Part shown: positions 19,258 to 29,284 of the stretch, one piece after another
How the letters are laid out: each line of letters begins with the position of its first letter
Numbering within the stretch: position 1 is the stretch's first letter
Virus record (IMG/VR): IMGVR_UViG_3300024264_000009
Reading direction: 5' to 3' (one strand)
Length of the DNA: 57,457 nucleotides
Origin: an uncultured virus (IMG/VR IMGVR_UViG_3300024264_000009)
Lineage: Duplodnaviria > Heunggongvirae > Uroviricota > Caudoviricetes
Program-made: the position numbers and the translations under genes
The notes under the pieces: generated by a model
Database searches by the model: none
The model's input: only the letters and a program-made list of their open reading frames with translations
Told to the model about the DNA's origin: nothing

Positions 19258-21129
19258 TTAATATGAACTGGTTGAGGTAGAAGTATACCCTACACCAGCA
19301 CTGCTTTCACCACTACTAATGGTGTCTACTTCACCTGTCACCTTAATATCTTCAGAAGAAATGTCTACTAGATTACCTCTAGTTGCAACGACATCATTTC
19401 CCGAAGGGATAACTGTGAAGTCAATCGATGAATTAGTATTAACTGTTAAGGTAATATTAATGGCATTGATTGTAATCTTTCCTGTAGAATAGTCAACTAT
19501 TCCAGCTGCACTATCCTGATAAAGTCTAGTTGACCCTGATAGGTAATATCTTCTTAAATTACCTTTTCCGTCATCATCAAAATAATTGATATTGACTGAG
19601 TCACCTTGGACATAAAAACCTGTTGTTGTTGTAATTCCACCCGAGTCCATGTTGTGACCAGTATGTGGATTATAAAGTTGATTACCAAAAAGAACATTGT
19701 ATCCTTTTGTTTCTCCCACTTTAATTATATTACTTTTTCTTAATCTAATATTACATGTATTAGATAAAACTGCAGTGTTAGACTCGTCTACTGATTTAAG
19801 TAGATTAGAATGTCTAAAAATAGAATCAAAGTTTTGTAGATTATCTGTATCAAACTTTTGAATTGCAGTGTTTACGATTGCTTCTAACTCACCTATTGAT
19901 AGGTCTGTTGAATTTTCATTGTATTTGAATACACATGTAATTAGAATCTTAACAATCTCTGCATCAATTATCTTAGGTCTAACAGTTAACATATTTAAAT
20001 CGTTTAACTTTTTTGTGACCAATGACTTTTCTGTATCTGATAGATAATCTGAATTTTGTGGTTTAAGTGCAACGAACACTTTACCATATTCGGGTGGGTC
20101 ATTATCTTCTCCACCCCATACTGCAACGGCGTCTGCATTTGGATAATACTCTTGCACCTTTGCTTTATAGTCGTTTAATGTGACTAATCTGTTTTGTGAT
20201 GTATAGAATTTTGTTGCTTTGAACTTAATTGATTCTATACTTTCTTTTTCTGCACCACCACTTGCTGGTGAAACGTTAGTCACTGCATGGTTTGTGAATC
20301 CGTTTACAACTCCGTTAAGTGCAAATTGACTAGCACCATTTGCATGGTCTTGGTCAACTATAATATAAGTCACATCTATAACGTCTCCGTCCAATAATGA
20401 CTTACCTAATGTTCCGTCACCAAAGTATATTTCAATATAACCTTCTTCATTCTCTTGTGCATAATATACAGTAGAGGTTGTAGTAATGTTTGAAATACCT
20501 GTAGAAAGTGTGTATGTTTCTGTTGCACCACCACTGGTGACTGAAACAATCATCTTACCTTTGTCTACTCTTTCATTTGATAAAACGAATTTAGGGTTTG
20601 CAAGTTGATTATCAAAAATAAATGAATCAGTTGCATAAGTTCCTTGAACAATACTTACGTCATTGTAATTATATGACGTTCCGTTTTGTGTTGGTCTTTT
20701 TGTTGTTGTGACTACAAAGTTATATGAACTTCCGTCATACACTGTCACAAAGGTTGTTCCTCTGAGTAATTGCATCTCAGTAGTTGTCGGGGAAGTTCCG
20801 TCTGCATTTCTCACTTGTTTCATTTCAAGGTTTACTATTGCAGTTGAACATGACTCAGAAGAAGGAACGAATCCTAAATCCTTTGCACGTGATACAACGT
20901 TCTTTCTGATTTGAGCAGAATCTAAAAAGAGTTCCGAGGCTGCAATGTTGGTGTTGATTGCACCAATGTGTGATGAATATGCAAGTAGGTCAATAAGAAC
21001 TGACATACTTGAACCTTCAAAGTTGTAATCTTTAAATTGTTCTTGTCCTTTGAGATAATTCTTAAGATTATCTGCAATATTCTCAAAATCTAAATCTGTA
21101 ATGTTTAATTGTGAACTGTTTACTGCCAT
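19258..21129 (-). CDS. gp6: Baseplate wedge subunit gp6
   Basis: LDFENI..NLKNYL; DYNFEGS; ELFLDSA; IYFGDG; SQNRLVTLNDY; VWGGED.DPPEYGKVF. Confidence 0.95.
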   Translation of the reverse strand: MAVNSSQLNITDLDFENIADNLKNYLKGQEQFKDYNFEGSSMSVLIDLLAYSSHIGAINTNIAASELFLDSAQIRKNVVSRAKDLGFVPSSESCSTAIVNLEMKQVRNADGTSPTTTEMQLLRGTTFVTVYDGSSYNFVVTTTKRPTQNGTSYNYNDVSIVQGTYATDSFIFDNQLANPKFVLSNERVDKGKMIVSVTSGGATETYTLSTGISNITTTSTVYYAQENEEGYIEIYFGDGTLGKSLLDGDVIDVTYIIVDQDHANGASQFALNGVVNGFTNHAVTNVSPASGGAEKESIESIKFKATKFYTSQNRLVTLNDYKAKVQEYYPNADAVAVWGGEDNDPPEYGKVFVALKPQNSDYLSDTEKSLVTKKLNDLNMLTVRPKIIDAEIVKILITCVFKYNENSTDLSIGELEAIVNTAIQKFDTDNLQNFDSIFRHSNLLKSVDESNTAVLSNTCNIRLRKSNIIKVGETKGYNVLFGNQLYNPHTGHNMDSGGITTTTGFYVQGDSVNINYFDDDGKGNLRRYYLSGSTRLYQDSAAGIVDYSTGKITINAINITLTVNTNSSIDFTVIPSGNDVVATRGNLVDISSEDIKVTGEVDTISSGESSAGVGYTSTSTSSY

Positions 21130-21545
21130 TATCGTGTCCTTGAAACGTTTATTTCTATCTCTTGATTAGGAGAACCATTAATTATGTTGTAAAAGATAGT
21201 CATGTCTAATTTATTATTATCTTGATTTGATAATGCAACTTGGACATTACTGACACGAGGTTCTAAAGTCTCTATCTCTTTTGCAAGTGTTATTTTCATT
21301 CTATTCAGTTGTCTATCAGTATTCAACTCAAATAATAAGTTTCTGATTGAACCACCAAAGTTTGGTTTGAAAGGTCTTTCAAATTTATTAGTTAATACAA
21401 TATTCCTAACTGACCTTTTGATTGCATCTGTATCGGTTTTTCTTACAACGTCACCTGTAATAGGGTGTTTACGAAAGAAGATATCTAAATCGGAATAGAT
21501 ATCCTTCGTTGCAACTGTTTTTCCGTTATTTACTAAATCTACCAT
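21129..21545 (-). CDS. gp25: Baseplate wedge subunit gp25
   Basis: YSDLD; AIKRSVRNIVLT; ERPFKPNFG; LEPRV. Confidence 0.95.
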   Translation of the reverse strand: MVDLVNNGKTVATKDIYSDLDIFFRKHPITGDVVRKTDTDAIKRSVRNIVLTNKFERPFKPNFGGSIRNLLFELNTDRQLNRMKITLAKEIETLEPRVSNVQVALSNQDNNKLDMTIFYNIINGSPNQEIEINVSRTR

Positions 21546-21550
21546 ATATC

Positions 21551-21558
21551 TATTTATA
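21551..21558 (-). promoter_or_regulatory. T4-type late promoter TATAAATA
   Basis: Exact consensus just upstream of gp25. Confidence 0.8.
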
Positions 21559-21562
21559 CAAA

Positions 21563-22816
21563 CTAATCAGGTTTCTTTGTCTTTCCAGCAGAAGAACCTG
21601 AAGCAATTGTATGTTTATGAGTTGAAAGTTTAACACCCTTACCTTTGACTTCTCCACTTGCAGTAATACTACTTGAATTTGTCTGTTTACCAGTGACATC
21701 TAATGTTGATTGTAAAGTAGTTGCACCCGATACTGTAAGTGTTCCCGTGACTGTTGTGTCTGATATAATTTCTGTTGTGTTATTACCAGTGATTGTAATC
21801 TTACCTTCTGATAATACGTCTGTTGTTCCTTTGAGGATATCTGCTTTTAGATTTCCTTCTGTAATCTCTGAAGTGACATTACCCTTTAACACTTTCATAT
21901 CTACATTACCAGTGTTAACATTGATTGTCACGTTTCCTTTCTCTACTGTTAAGTCTGCATTACCAGCTATATAAATCTTGTCGTCCTTTGCAACTATCTG
22001 ATAATTATCATTTACGATTCGTTGCACTACACTTCCATCAGGGTGAACTTCCTGAAACGTTCCTGACCTATGATAAGTTGAAAGTCTTTCTTTACCAAGT
22101 GTATCGTCCACTTCAATAACATGACCTGACTCTGATTGATACACTTTGTTATATGGATATACTGGTTCTGCAACTGAGTCGGGGAAAGTGTGTCCTTCTA
22201 TCTCAATCTTCTTATCTAATACAGAATCACCACGTGCAAGACTTGACACATCTGACTCTCCAGTGTATAATGGATAGTAAGGTAGTAAATCCTCAGTGAT
22301 TTCATCTTCTTCAATCGTAGAACCTGTTCCGTCATAATTAATTGTTAAGAAAACTGGTGACTTAGGTTGTGTATCAATTGCACTTGTTAGACCATGTGGT
22401 CGTCTTGAATCTTGTTCGGGGTTTGGTGCATCAGGTGTTCCCTCATAATCTGCAACTGTTAGTCTACGTGGGTCGTTGAATCCTTTATCTACACTTCTAG
22501 TTTGTTGATTACCTAATGCATCAACTCTATATCCAGTTTGTGGAACTCCTGTAGATACACCTAAGACAACTGGGTCTTGACATATATCCCCGTCTCTAAA
22601 ATATCCAAAGACTGTTGAACCTTCTACTAGACCATGTTGACTTCCAATTCCTGAAAGACCAGCAGAGGTTGTTGGTAATATAACTTGAGCCCATGGTAAG
22701 TCGGGTGTTGCAATCTTTAATTTGTTGTCGGTATGAATCCCATGTATACGAACACGAACACGTCCAATCTTCAAAGGGTCATGTCGGTCTTCTACTATTC
22801 CAAAAAAATGTTTCAT
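21563..22816 (-). CDS. gp5: Baseplate central spike gp5 (OB fold + beta-helix, no lysozyme domain, HxH tip)
   Basis: FFGIVEDRHDPLKIGRVRVRIHG; LPWA; YPYNKV..SESGHVIEVDDT; HRSGTF.E; C-term LSTHKH. Confidence 0.9.
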   Translation of the reverse strand: MKHFFGIVEDRHDPLKIGRVRVRIHGIHTDNKLKIATPDLPWAQVILPTTSAGLSGIGSQHGLVEGSTVFGYFRDGDICQDPVVLGVSTGVPQTGYRVDALGNQQTRSVDKGFNDPRRLTVADYEGTPDAPNPEQDSRRPHGLTSAIDTQPKSPVFLTINYDGTGSTIEEDEITEDLLPYYPLYTGESDVSSLARGDSVLDKKIEIEGHTFPDSVAEPVYPYNKVYQSESGHVIEVDDTLGKERLSTYHRSGTFQEVHPDGSVVQRIVNDNYQIVAKDDKIYIAGNADLTVEKGNVTINVNTGNVDMKVLKGNVTSEITEGNLKADILKGTTDVLSEGKITITGNNTTEIISDTTVTGTLTVSGATTLQSTLDVTGKQTNSSSITASGEVKGKGVKLSTHKHTIASGSSAGKTKKPD

Positions 22817-24252
22817 TATATTTCTCTCGCAGGTTCAACTTCTTGTAATGGTTTTGCTTCTGTTATCTCTTTTGCAAAACTTTCTTTAACACATTCTAAA
22901 TTCATTTCACCCTCTTTACCTGCTATATCTAGCATAAGAGATAAATCAGTAATTAGATATCTGTTGTCATTCACCTCATCATTTTTACCAACACCTGATT
23001 CGGGTTGAGGGATTAAAAGTTTAATTACGTTCCCTACAGTTAAGTCTGTCCTCATTGGTATGGTGACAATAATTTTATGTTGTTGTAATATCTCAAGTAA
23101 TGCACGTCTTTCTAATTTTGCATTATCAACATATTTTAAACCTGAGAATGATTCAGGTGAACTAACAGTTGTCTCATTATCGAATTGGTGTGTTGTAGTG
23201 TTATCATAAATGACAAGACTCTCAAATTCTTTATTTGGTGGTAAATCAATATCAACCTCTGTCACAGAAGGAGACTTAGTTCTCTCAATCATGTTCTCTG
23301 TTGTAAGTGATTTCTCATAATCACCAGTTCGAATTAAAGGAAATCCTGATAGGTGTTTACCACGTTTCATTGTTTCGTCTAAGTCATACACAAAATCTAA
23401 TTCTTGTTTCTTAACTGGGTCGTATGTTTTTTGTAGAGATGCATATGCACCTCCAACTGTTCCTCTAAGTGTATCAAACTGTTGTGGTTTGTAATATGAT
23501 ATAATCATAGAGTTTAAACCACCAGCTGCATTTAAATCAATACTTTCAGTTTCTAAATCACCAGTTCTTGGTTTGTATGAAAACTCTATTGGAAATTCTC
23601 TACTAAACATAGTGTCAATAGAACTAAATCTAAAACCACCATTTAATGTTTGGAAGAAGAACATACCATTTTTCCATTCTGCATTTTCACCTATATTAGA
23701 TTCTGCAACAATGTAGTCAATAAAACTTCCAACTGTCCAATTAGGACATATGAATTGTAGATTCTTAGGTTCTGTTTCCTCAAACCAATCGAACTCTGAA
23801 GGTTTAAGGTTAGCTTCTTCTATCAATGCATTCTGCAACATTCTGTCATAAGAACCTCTCATAACCTTACTCATTCTTTTCCTTCTTACATAGAACATTC
23901 TTGGGTCACAAAAATTTAATTGGTATACTTGAGTTCCCTCTCTTCCTCTTTTGACATTACTTGCTTTGTATATTCTAAAAGTCTTATCAATGGTGAACTT
24001 CTTTTCGGGTTCTTGATTAAGACCTTCTTTCTGTTTGATTGAGATACGAATGAATTCTTGACCAGTGAATCGGAAGTTTGTTAAAAGATTAAGTCCGTCT
24101 AAAAGAGATATATTACCCGTGCAGAATTTATTGTAGATAGACTCGAAGAGTTCTACTCTCAATGTTAATTGAGTCACGTCAATTGAATCACCCTCTTGGT
24201 TTACAATCGCTAGTGCCTCAACTGAAAACTCACCTGCTTTTAAGTTGCTCAT
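22816..24252 (-). CDS. Baseplate hub protein (gp27-like)
   Basis: Lies between gp53 and gp5; FESIY...FTGQE.I.I; MFFFQT..GFRF.S; LTVGNVI...YLITDL. Confidence 0.65.
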   Translation of the reverse strand: MSNLKAGEFSVEALAIVNQEGDSIDVTQLTLRVELFESIYNKFCTGNISLLDGLNLLTNFRFTGQEFIRISIKQKEGLNQEPEKKFTIDKTFRIYKASNVKRGREGTQVYQLNFCDPRMFYVRRKRMSKVMRGSYDRMLQNALIEEANLKPSEFDWFEETEPKNLQFICPNWTVGSFIDYIVAESNIGENAEWKNGMFFFQTLNGGFRFSSIDTMFSREFPIEFSYKPRTGDLETESIDLNAAGGLNSMIISYYKPQQFDTLRGTVGGAYASLQKTYDPVKKQELDFVYDLDETMKRGKHLSGFPLIRTGDYEKSLTTENMIERTKSPSVTEVDIDLPPNKEFESLVIYDNTTTHQFDNETTVSSPESFSGLKYVDNAKLERRALLEILQQHKIIVTIPMRTDLTVGNVIKLLIPQPESGVGKNDEVNDNRYLITDLSLMLDIAGKEGEMNLECVKESFAKEITEAKPLQEVEPAREI

Positions 24253-24971
24253 GATGACATTACTTTACCGAACTCTGATACTACCCTTCTGATATATTGT
24301 GGTTTAATAATTTTGATACTTCTATTCTTTTCGTTCTTTTCCCATTCACTATCATAAATTGTTTTTTCATACATACCATTGACAAAGGTATTTGACTTGT
24401 TTCCATTTACATCATAATAGTATGCAGTTCCGTCTGTTTGATTAATAGAATTTTTAATGGTCATAGTGTGTCCACTAATATTACCCGTGACAATATCGTC
24501 TTGTCTGAAGTCACCACTCTCTATTCCTATTCTTGACCATTGGGGTTCTACACTTGTTATTGTTCCTTTATGAATAACACTATCTCTTAAACAAGATACG
24601 GATTCTCCCAAAAGAAATTTACCTGTTGCACTTACGATATCTGATTTCTGATGTGCAGTTAGATACTTACCACCATAGTTTTTCTTAATGTATTGGTCAA
24701 AGGTTCTATTGTCTTTCCACCACTCATAGTAGTTATTCCAATCATTAACTAGAAAGAACGTCCAATGTAAATCTGAATCACCATAAAGATTAGTTGCAAC
24801 TACATCAGGTCTATCTCCCTCCTGTAGTTCAAAGTATTCATACTCTATTATACTGTTAACTGCTGATTGGTCTATTTTAGACTTTCTAAAGAAGTCTTTA
24901 ATATTGATAACCCGTCCACTATCTAAAGTGTATTGTATGTCGGGAAAGTTTTTGAAAAATTTAGTAGCCAT
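24249..24971 (-). CDS. gp53: Baseplate wedge subunit gp53 (LysM-like)
   Basis: FFKNFPDIQY; GDRPDVVA.NLYGDSDLHW..FLVN; NEKNRSIKIIKP. Confidence 0.9.
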   Translation of the reverse strand: MATKFFKNFPDIQYTLDSGRVINIKDFFRKSKIDQSAVNSIIEYEYFELQEGDRPDVVATNLYGDSDLHWTFFLVNDWNNYYEWWKDNRTFDQYIKKNYGGKYLTAHQKSDIVSATGKFLLGESVSCLRDSVIHKGTITSVEPQWSRIGIESGDFRQDDIVTGNISGHTMTIKNSINQTDGTAYYYDVNGNKSNTFVNGMYEKTIYDSEWEKNEKNRSIKIIKPQYIRRVVSEFGKVMSS

Positions 24972-24973
24972 TA

Positions 24974-26038
24974 TTATCCACCTGTTCGTTGGTCTAGTAG
25001 TGAAGCAGAACCCCCACCTAAGTCTCTTTGTTCTTTACTAAATTTTTCAGGACTTGCCTTAGATATAGTCTGATAGTTTTCCTGTGTAAGGAGTTTGATT
25101 TCTGTAAATGATAAAGACACTTCAGTTGCAACAGGATATCCATCTTCAAACATTTTTGTTGAATGATTAACACTTACACTTGTCAATACACAAGGTAAAA
25201 AATCCTCAAATCTCTTTTTAATGAGTCCTTCATAAGTAATATCAAAAATGTTAGGATAATTGAAATAAGATTCTGCAGCTCCGTCTGACTCAGCTGCACC
25301 ATAAGTGTCTGGCAACATTGCAGTTTTAAATGCCCAACATATATCTTCTACCATTTTAGCTTCGGCTTTACTTTTAGGATAGAACTCATAATCAAAAGAA
25401 TGGTTTCTAAAGTCAACACCTTCAAACACTTGTTCTTCCATAGGGTTTGTTGCTTTACCCCCAATGAAATTTGATATTCCACCAGTTGCAGTATTGGCTA
25501 GTTTAGATAATCCACTTTGAATTAATTCTTCCAATGCTTGACCAAAACCTGTTTCACCTTTAAAGGTATTGATTAGATTTCTTTTGTTTGCACCAATTTC
25601 CATTGTTGTCCAACTAACGTCTACATCTTGGTCTATACTTTCGGGTGCATATAATGCGATTGAAACAATCTCATTTGACAATAAGTTTTTATTATTACCT
25701 TCATTACTTCTACTACCTTCTCGTTTCTTTCTCTTTCTAGTTGTAAAGACAACATATGAGTCTAGACTTTCAAGAGGATATTGTAAATCTACAGTCTTGG
25801 TTAGAGGAACCTCTCTTGCAGATTGTCTGGCTTTATTAGATGCATCTAAATTTGATTGTAATGAAGCACGTCTGTCATCTAATAATTTTTCTGCCTTTGC
25901 TTTTTCTGAAGCAAGCATATCTTTGTCGTATGACCCTGTATATGATTTTCCTTCAAGTTTAGATTTAATCCCCTTTAGAGATTTAACTGCACTGGTTGCT
26001 TGATTTACTTTGTCTAATAATTTGTTGATAGATGCCAT
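24974..26038 (-). CDS. gp48: Baseplate tail-tube cap gp48
   Basis: NPMEEQVFEGVDFR.HSFDY.FYPKS..EA; CVLTSVSVN; LSFTEI. Confidence 0.85.
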   Translation of the reverse strand: MASINKLLDKVNQATSAVKSLKGIKSKLEGKSYTGSYDKDMLASEKAKAEKLLDDRRASLQSNLDASNKARQSAREVPLTKTVDLQYPLESLDSYVVFTTRKRKKREGSRSNEGNNKNLLSNEIVSIALYAPESIDQDVDVSWTTMEIGANKRNLINTFKGETGFGQALEELIQSGLSKLANTATGGISNFIGGKATNPMEEQVFEGVDFRNHSFDYEFYPKSKAEAKMVEDICWAFKTAMLPDTYGAAESDGAAESYFNYPNIFDITYEGLIKKRFEDFLPCVLTSVSVNHSTKMFEDGYPVATEVSLSFTEIKLLTQENYQTISKASPEKFSKEQRDLGGGSASLLDQRTGG

Positions 26039-26050
26039 TGATTTTTTTAA

Positions 26051-26089
26051 CCTAAATACTTAAAATTATGATTACTAGTGTTATTTATG
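26051..26089. promoter_or_regulatory. Overlapping opposed late promoters: CCTAAATA (+, 26051-26058) and CATAAATA (-, 26082-26089)
   Basis: Variants of TATAAATA at the gp48/gp4 divergence. Confidence 0.6.
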
Positions 26090-26530
26090 TCTAGAAAAAG
26101 TTATAGTGGTAAGTTTAAACCAAAGAACTATAAAAAATATAGAGGCGACCCAACAAAGATTATATATCGTTCCTTATGGGAAAGACGATTTATGGTCTAT
26201 TGTGACAATAATCCTAGTATCATTGAGTGGGGAAGTGAAGAAATAATCATTCCTTATCGTTCACCTGTAGATAAAAAGGTTCATAGATACTTTCCCGACT
26301 TCTATATAAAGTATGTAAATGCAAAAGGTCAATCTATACGAGAAATCATAGAAGTTAAACCAAAGAAACAACTTAAACCCCCAAAGGAACCCATAAGAAG
26401 AACTAAAAGATACTTAAATGAGGTTGCAACCTACGTTGTCAACCAAGCAAAGTTCAAGGCTGCAAGTGAATACTGCAAAGATAGGAAATATGGTTTTAGA
26501 ATATTGACGGAAGACCACTTAGTAAAATGA
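26087..26530 (+). CDS. gp4: Head completion nuclease gp4
   Basis: YSGKFKPKN..KY.GDP..IIYRSLWE; WGSEE; HRYFPDF; EVKP; NQAKF..A; ILTEDHL; ATG at 26087. Confidence 0.92.
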   Translation: MSRKSYSGKFKPKNYKKYRGDPTKIIYRSLWERRFMVYCDNNPSIIEWGSEEIIIPYRSPVDKKVHRYFPDFYIKYVNAKGQSIREIIEVKPKKQLKPPKEPIRRTKRYLNEVATYVVNQAKFKAASEYCKDRKYGFRILTEDHLVK

Positions 26531-27129
26531 AAAAGTTAATAATGTTCGATTTAGACGGGGTTTTGATAGATTCTATATCAAATATGAGACTGTCGTGGGA
26601 AAAAACTTGTCAAACACACGACATAGTTGTCCCATTTGAGGAATATGAGAAGAGAATTGGTCGTCCTTTTAGAGATATCATAGAAGATTTGGGTATAGAA
26701 TACACTTCTACGATAAAAAAGACATACGACACTTCCTCTACTGAACTATTAGACCAAATTAAGATATTTGAAGGTGTCCATGAACTACTTGTTGCACTTA
26801 CAGTTGTAAAAGGACGTAAGATTGCAATCTGCACCTCTAAAGATATCGATAGAACAAACAAAATACTAGAGAAAATTGCAAAGTTTGATTATGTCTGTTC
26901 TCCCAAACAAGGACTGAGAGGTAAACCTTCACCTGACCAACTACTTTACACTTGTGCATTCTGCAATGTTGACCCAAGTGATACACTTTATGTTGGTGAT
27001 ATGGACGTTGATAGACAAGCAGCTGAGAGAGCTGGGATAGATTTTGTCCATGCAAGTTATGGATATGGTAATGTAAAATGCGAAAAGAGTATACAGAATC
27101 CGATAGAACTACTAAAGTTGTTGGATTAA
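26527..27129 (+). CDS. HAD-superfamily phosphatase (phosphoglycolate phosphatase-like)
   Basis: FDLDGVLIDS motif I; TSK; KPSP; YVGD...D. Confidence 0.9.
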   Translation: MKKLIMFDLDGVLIDSISNMRLSWEKTCQTHDIVVPFEEYEKRIGRPFRDIIEDLGIEYTSTIKKTYDTSSTELLDQIKIFEGVHELLVALTVVKGRKIAICTSKDIDRTNKILEKIAKFDYVCSPKQGLRGKPSPDQLLYTCAFCNVDPSDTLYVGDMDVDRQAAERAGIDFVHASYGYGNVKCEKSIQNPIELLKLLD

Positions 27130-27833
27130 TTCCAGCAAGATATCATTCAAGTAGGTTTGAAGGGAAACCACTGGCCATGATTTCAGGAATTCCCATGATT
27201 CAACGAGTTTACAATCAGTCTATGCAGTCAAAATCACTTGCTAGTGTTATAGTGTTAACTGATAATAGTGATATTTATAACTTCTGTATATCCATGCGCA
27301 TGAAGTGTTTGATTGTTGGTGGTGATTGTTTTACTGGAACAGATAGATGTGCAAAGGCAATTAAGGATATTGAAGGAGATATTTTTGTTAATATACAAGG
27401 AGACGAACCCCTGATTGACCCTGAAACTATTGACAAATTAGTAGAGTCTCATACACTAGGTAGTGTATCTAATGCATATGTTGAACTTGATTTCTATTCT
27501 GAAAAACGACATGATAACAATGTAGTCAAAGTAGTGACGGACACATATAATAATGCACTATATTATTCACGACTAAGTATACCATACGTGCAAAAGGAAG
27601 AGACAATTGTTAAACAACAATTAGGTCTCTATGCATTTAACAGAGAGTTCTTAGAAATTTTCCCCACACTTCCAGTTGGAGATTTAGAGAAAAGTGAATC
27701 GGTAGAAATGTTTAGATTTATTGAGAATGGATATAAAGTTAGAATGGTAAAAGTTGAAGACGAGGGATACTCGGTAGACACACCCGAAGACTTGAAACGA
27801 GTTGAAGAAATAATTAGGAGAAATACACAATGA
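27078..27833 (+). CDS. kdsB: CMP-KDO synthetase (3-deoxy-manno-octulosonate cytidylyltransferase)
   Basis: IPARYHSSRFEGKPL; TGTDR; NIQGDEP; VVKVV; ALYYSR; LEKSESVEMFR; VDTPEDL. Confidence 0.92.
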   Translation: MRKEYTESDRTTKVVGLIPARYHSSRFEGKPLAMISGIPMIQRVYNQSMQSKSLASVIVLTDNSDIYNFCISMRMKCLIVGGDCFTGTDRCAKAIKDIEGDIFVNIQGDEPLIDPETIDKLVESHTLGSVSNAYVELDFYSEKRHDNNVVKVVTDTYNNALYYSRLSIPYVQKEETIVKQQLGLYAFNREFLEIFPTLPVGDLEKSESVEMFRFIENGYKVRMVKVEDEGYSVDTPEDLKRVEEIIRRNTQ

Positions 27834-28693
27834 CCCCATTAATAATGTTAGAAAAACAAAGTGATTACGATAAGATTGAAATCATATTCAATGAAATAAG
27901 ATTGAAATCTAAACCCAAACTAATGACGTTTGGAGATGTCTTAGACATACCTGAAAAACATTGGAAGAGTATGGTTAATAATATGTATCAATACGGAAGG
28001 GGTTTATGTCATTATGCAGACTCAGAACCATGGAAGGTTGATACTAATGAAAAGAACATGAAAAGATTAGAGTCTAGTGGAGACAATGCATTCTTTCATG
28101 CAAGTAAATGTAGATATCTTGTAGACACTTGGAAAGAAGAAGGTTGGTATTCTTGTCCCCAAGGTGTGGTAAGACCCACTGGAGATATCTTCTTTCACCC
28201 AGGCTCTATTAGACAATATGCAATGGTCTTAGGTGATATGAGAGAACAAGAGATTTTCTTATGGGATTGTGGAGAGACAGAACTATTTCCCGAACATGAG
28301 ATAATTGATTATGAAACATGGAAAGATAAGTTCAAAGTTGATAGACCTCAATGGATTGATATTAGAGGCATGCCTGAACATGGTTCACTAAAGGGTGGTT
28401 TCACAGAAGAACCTCTCTTAGAATGGCATGTAGATGAAGATAGACCAAACTATTATAATACAGCACAACGTATTCAATCTGAAATCTTTAACTTCAAAAA
28501 ACCTAGACTATTTGGTGTTGCAGAAACTAACAAGATTGAAGAAGCTTTCTCTATGGATAATACAGAATGTTTGAATATTCATATGAAAAACAACGAGATA
28601 TTTCAAATTGAAGATTTCAAACATATCTTCAACATACCCTATGAAGAAAAGATATGGGAATGTGACAAATTTAAAGTGATAAAAACTTTCTAA
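27830..28693 (+). CDS. Hypothetical protein
   Basis: 287-aa ORF with AGGAG SD and ATGA coupling to kdsB; FHPGSIR motif; no family recognised. Confidence 0.75.
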   Translation: MTPLIMLEKQSDYDKIEIIFNEIRLKSKPKLMTFGDVLDIPEKHWKSMVNNMYQYGRGLCHYADSEPWKVDTNEKNMKRLESSGDNAFFHASKCRYLVDTWKEEGWYSCPQGVVRPTGDIFFHPGSIRQYAMVLGDMREQEIFLWDCGETELFPEHEIIDYETWKDKFKVDRPQWIDIRGMPEHGSLKGGFTEEPLLEWHVDEDRPNYYNTAQRIQSEIFNFKKPRLFGVAETNKIEEAFSMDNTECLNIHMKNNEIFQIEDFKHIFNIPYEEKIWECDKFKVIKTF

Positions 28694-28696
28694 AAA

Positions 28697-28704
28697 CATA
28701 AATA
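28697..28704 (+). promoter_or_regulatory. Late promoter CATAAATA
   Basis: One mismatch to the consensus; 7 nt upstream of gp2. Confidence 0.7.
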
Positions 28705-28711
28705 ATAGACA

Positions 28712-29284
28712 ATGACTAGTCTATTTCAAAAACTTGATAATGAATCTCCAGCCGAATTGCAAAGGAGAAGTCTAGACAGTCTTGATTGGTTTAGAAATAA
28801 TGTAAGAGACATTAGAATTAGACAAGACCAAGCACTAAGAGAAGGTGAAGTAGTCACCACTTTAGAGTTAGGTAAAATGTATATGTATTATTATGATGCA
28901 TTACATAAGGACACTCTACCATATTTTGATAAGTTTCCCTTAGTGGTTCCTATTAGAAAATATGCAACAGGGTTCATAGGTCTTAACTTACATTACATTG
29001 CACCTCGTTATAGAATGATTCTATTAAACGAAATGTTTGAGTATTTAAACAACACAAACATGGACGAATCTACGAGGTTTAGAATGACTTACGATTTGTT
29101 GAAATCTGTATCTCGATTGAAATACTTTAAACCCTGTTTAAAAGAGTATCTCTACAGTCAAATCAGAAGTCAATTCAGTTTAGTCCCCTCTCAATATTGG
29201 GAACTGGTTGCAATGTTGCCGATGCAAAAATTTACAGTGAATGCCAATACAGTGTATTCAGAAAGTAGAAGGAAATTTACATGA
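28712..29284 (+). CDS. gp2: DNA end protector gp2
   Basis: SLDWF; GKMYMYYYDA.HKDTLPYFDKFPLV; GLNLHY..P..R; PCLKEYL. Confidence 0.92.
   Translation: MTSLFQKLDNESPAELQRRSLDSLDWFRNNVRDIRIRQDQALREGEVVTTLELGKMYMYYYDALHKDTLPYFDKFPLVVPIRKYATGFIGLNLHYIAPRYRMILLNEMFEYLNNTNMDESTRFRMTYDLLKSVSRLKYFKPCLKEYLYSQIRSQFSLVPSQYWELVAMLPMQKFTVNANTVYSESRRKFT

Noticed and set aside
874..26003. Long plus-strand ORFs opposite the structural genes (e.g. 8167-8883, 12157-12960, 4353-5039)
   Set aside because: Antisense shadows caused by codon bias; no SD and no recognisable motifs.
27078..27129. Frameshift fusion of the HAD phosphatase and kdsB
   Set aside because: The 52-nt overlap has an in-frame ATG for kdsB and no convincing slippery heptamer.
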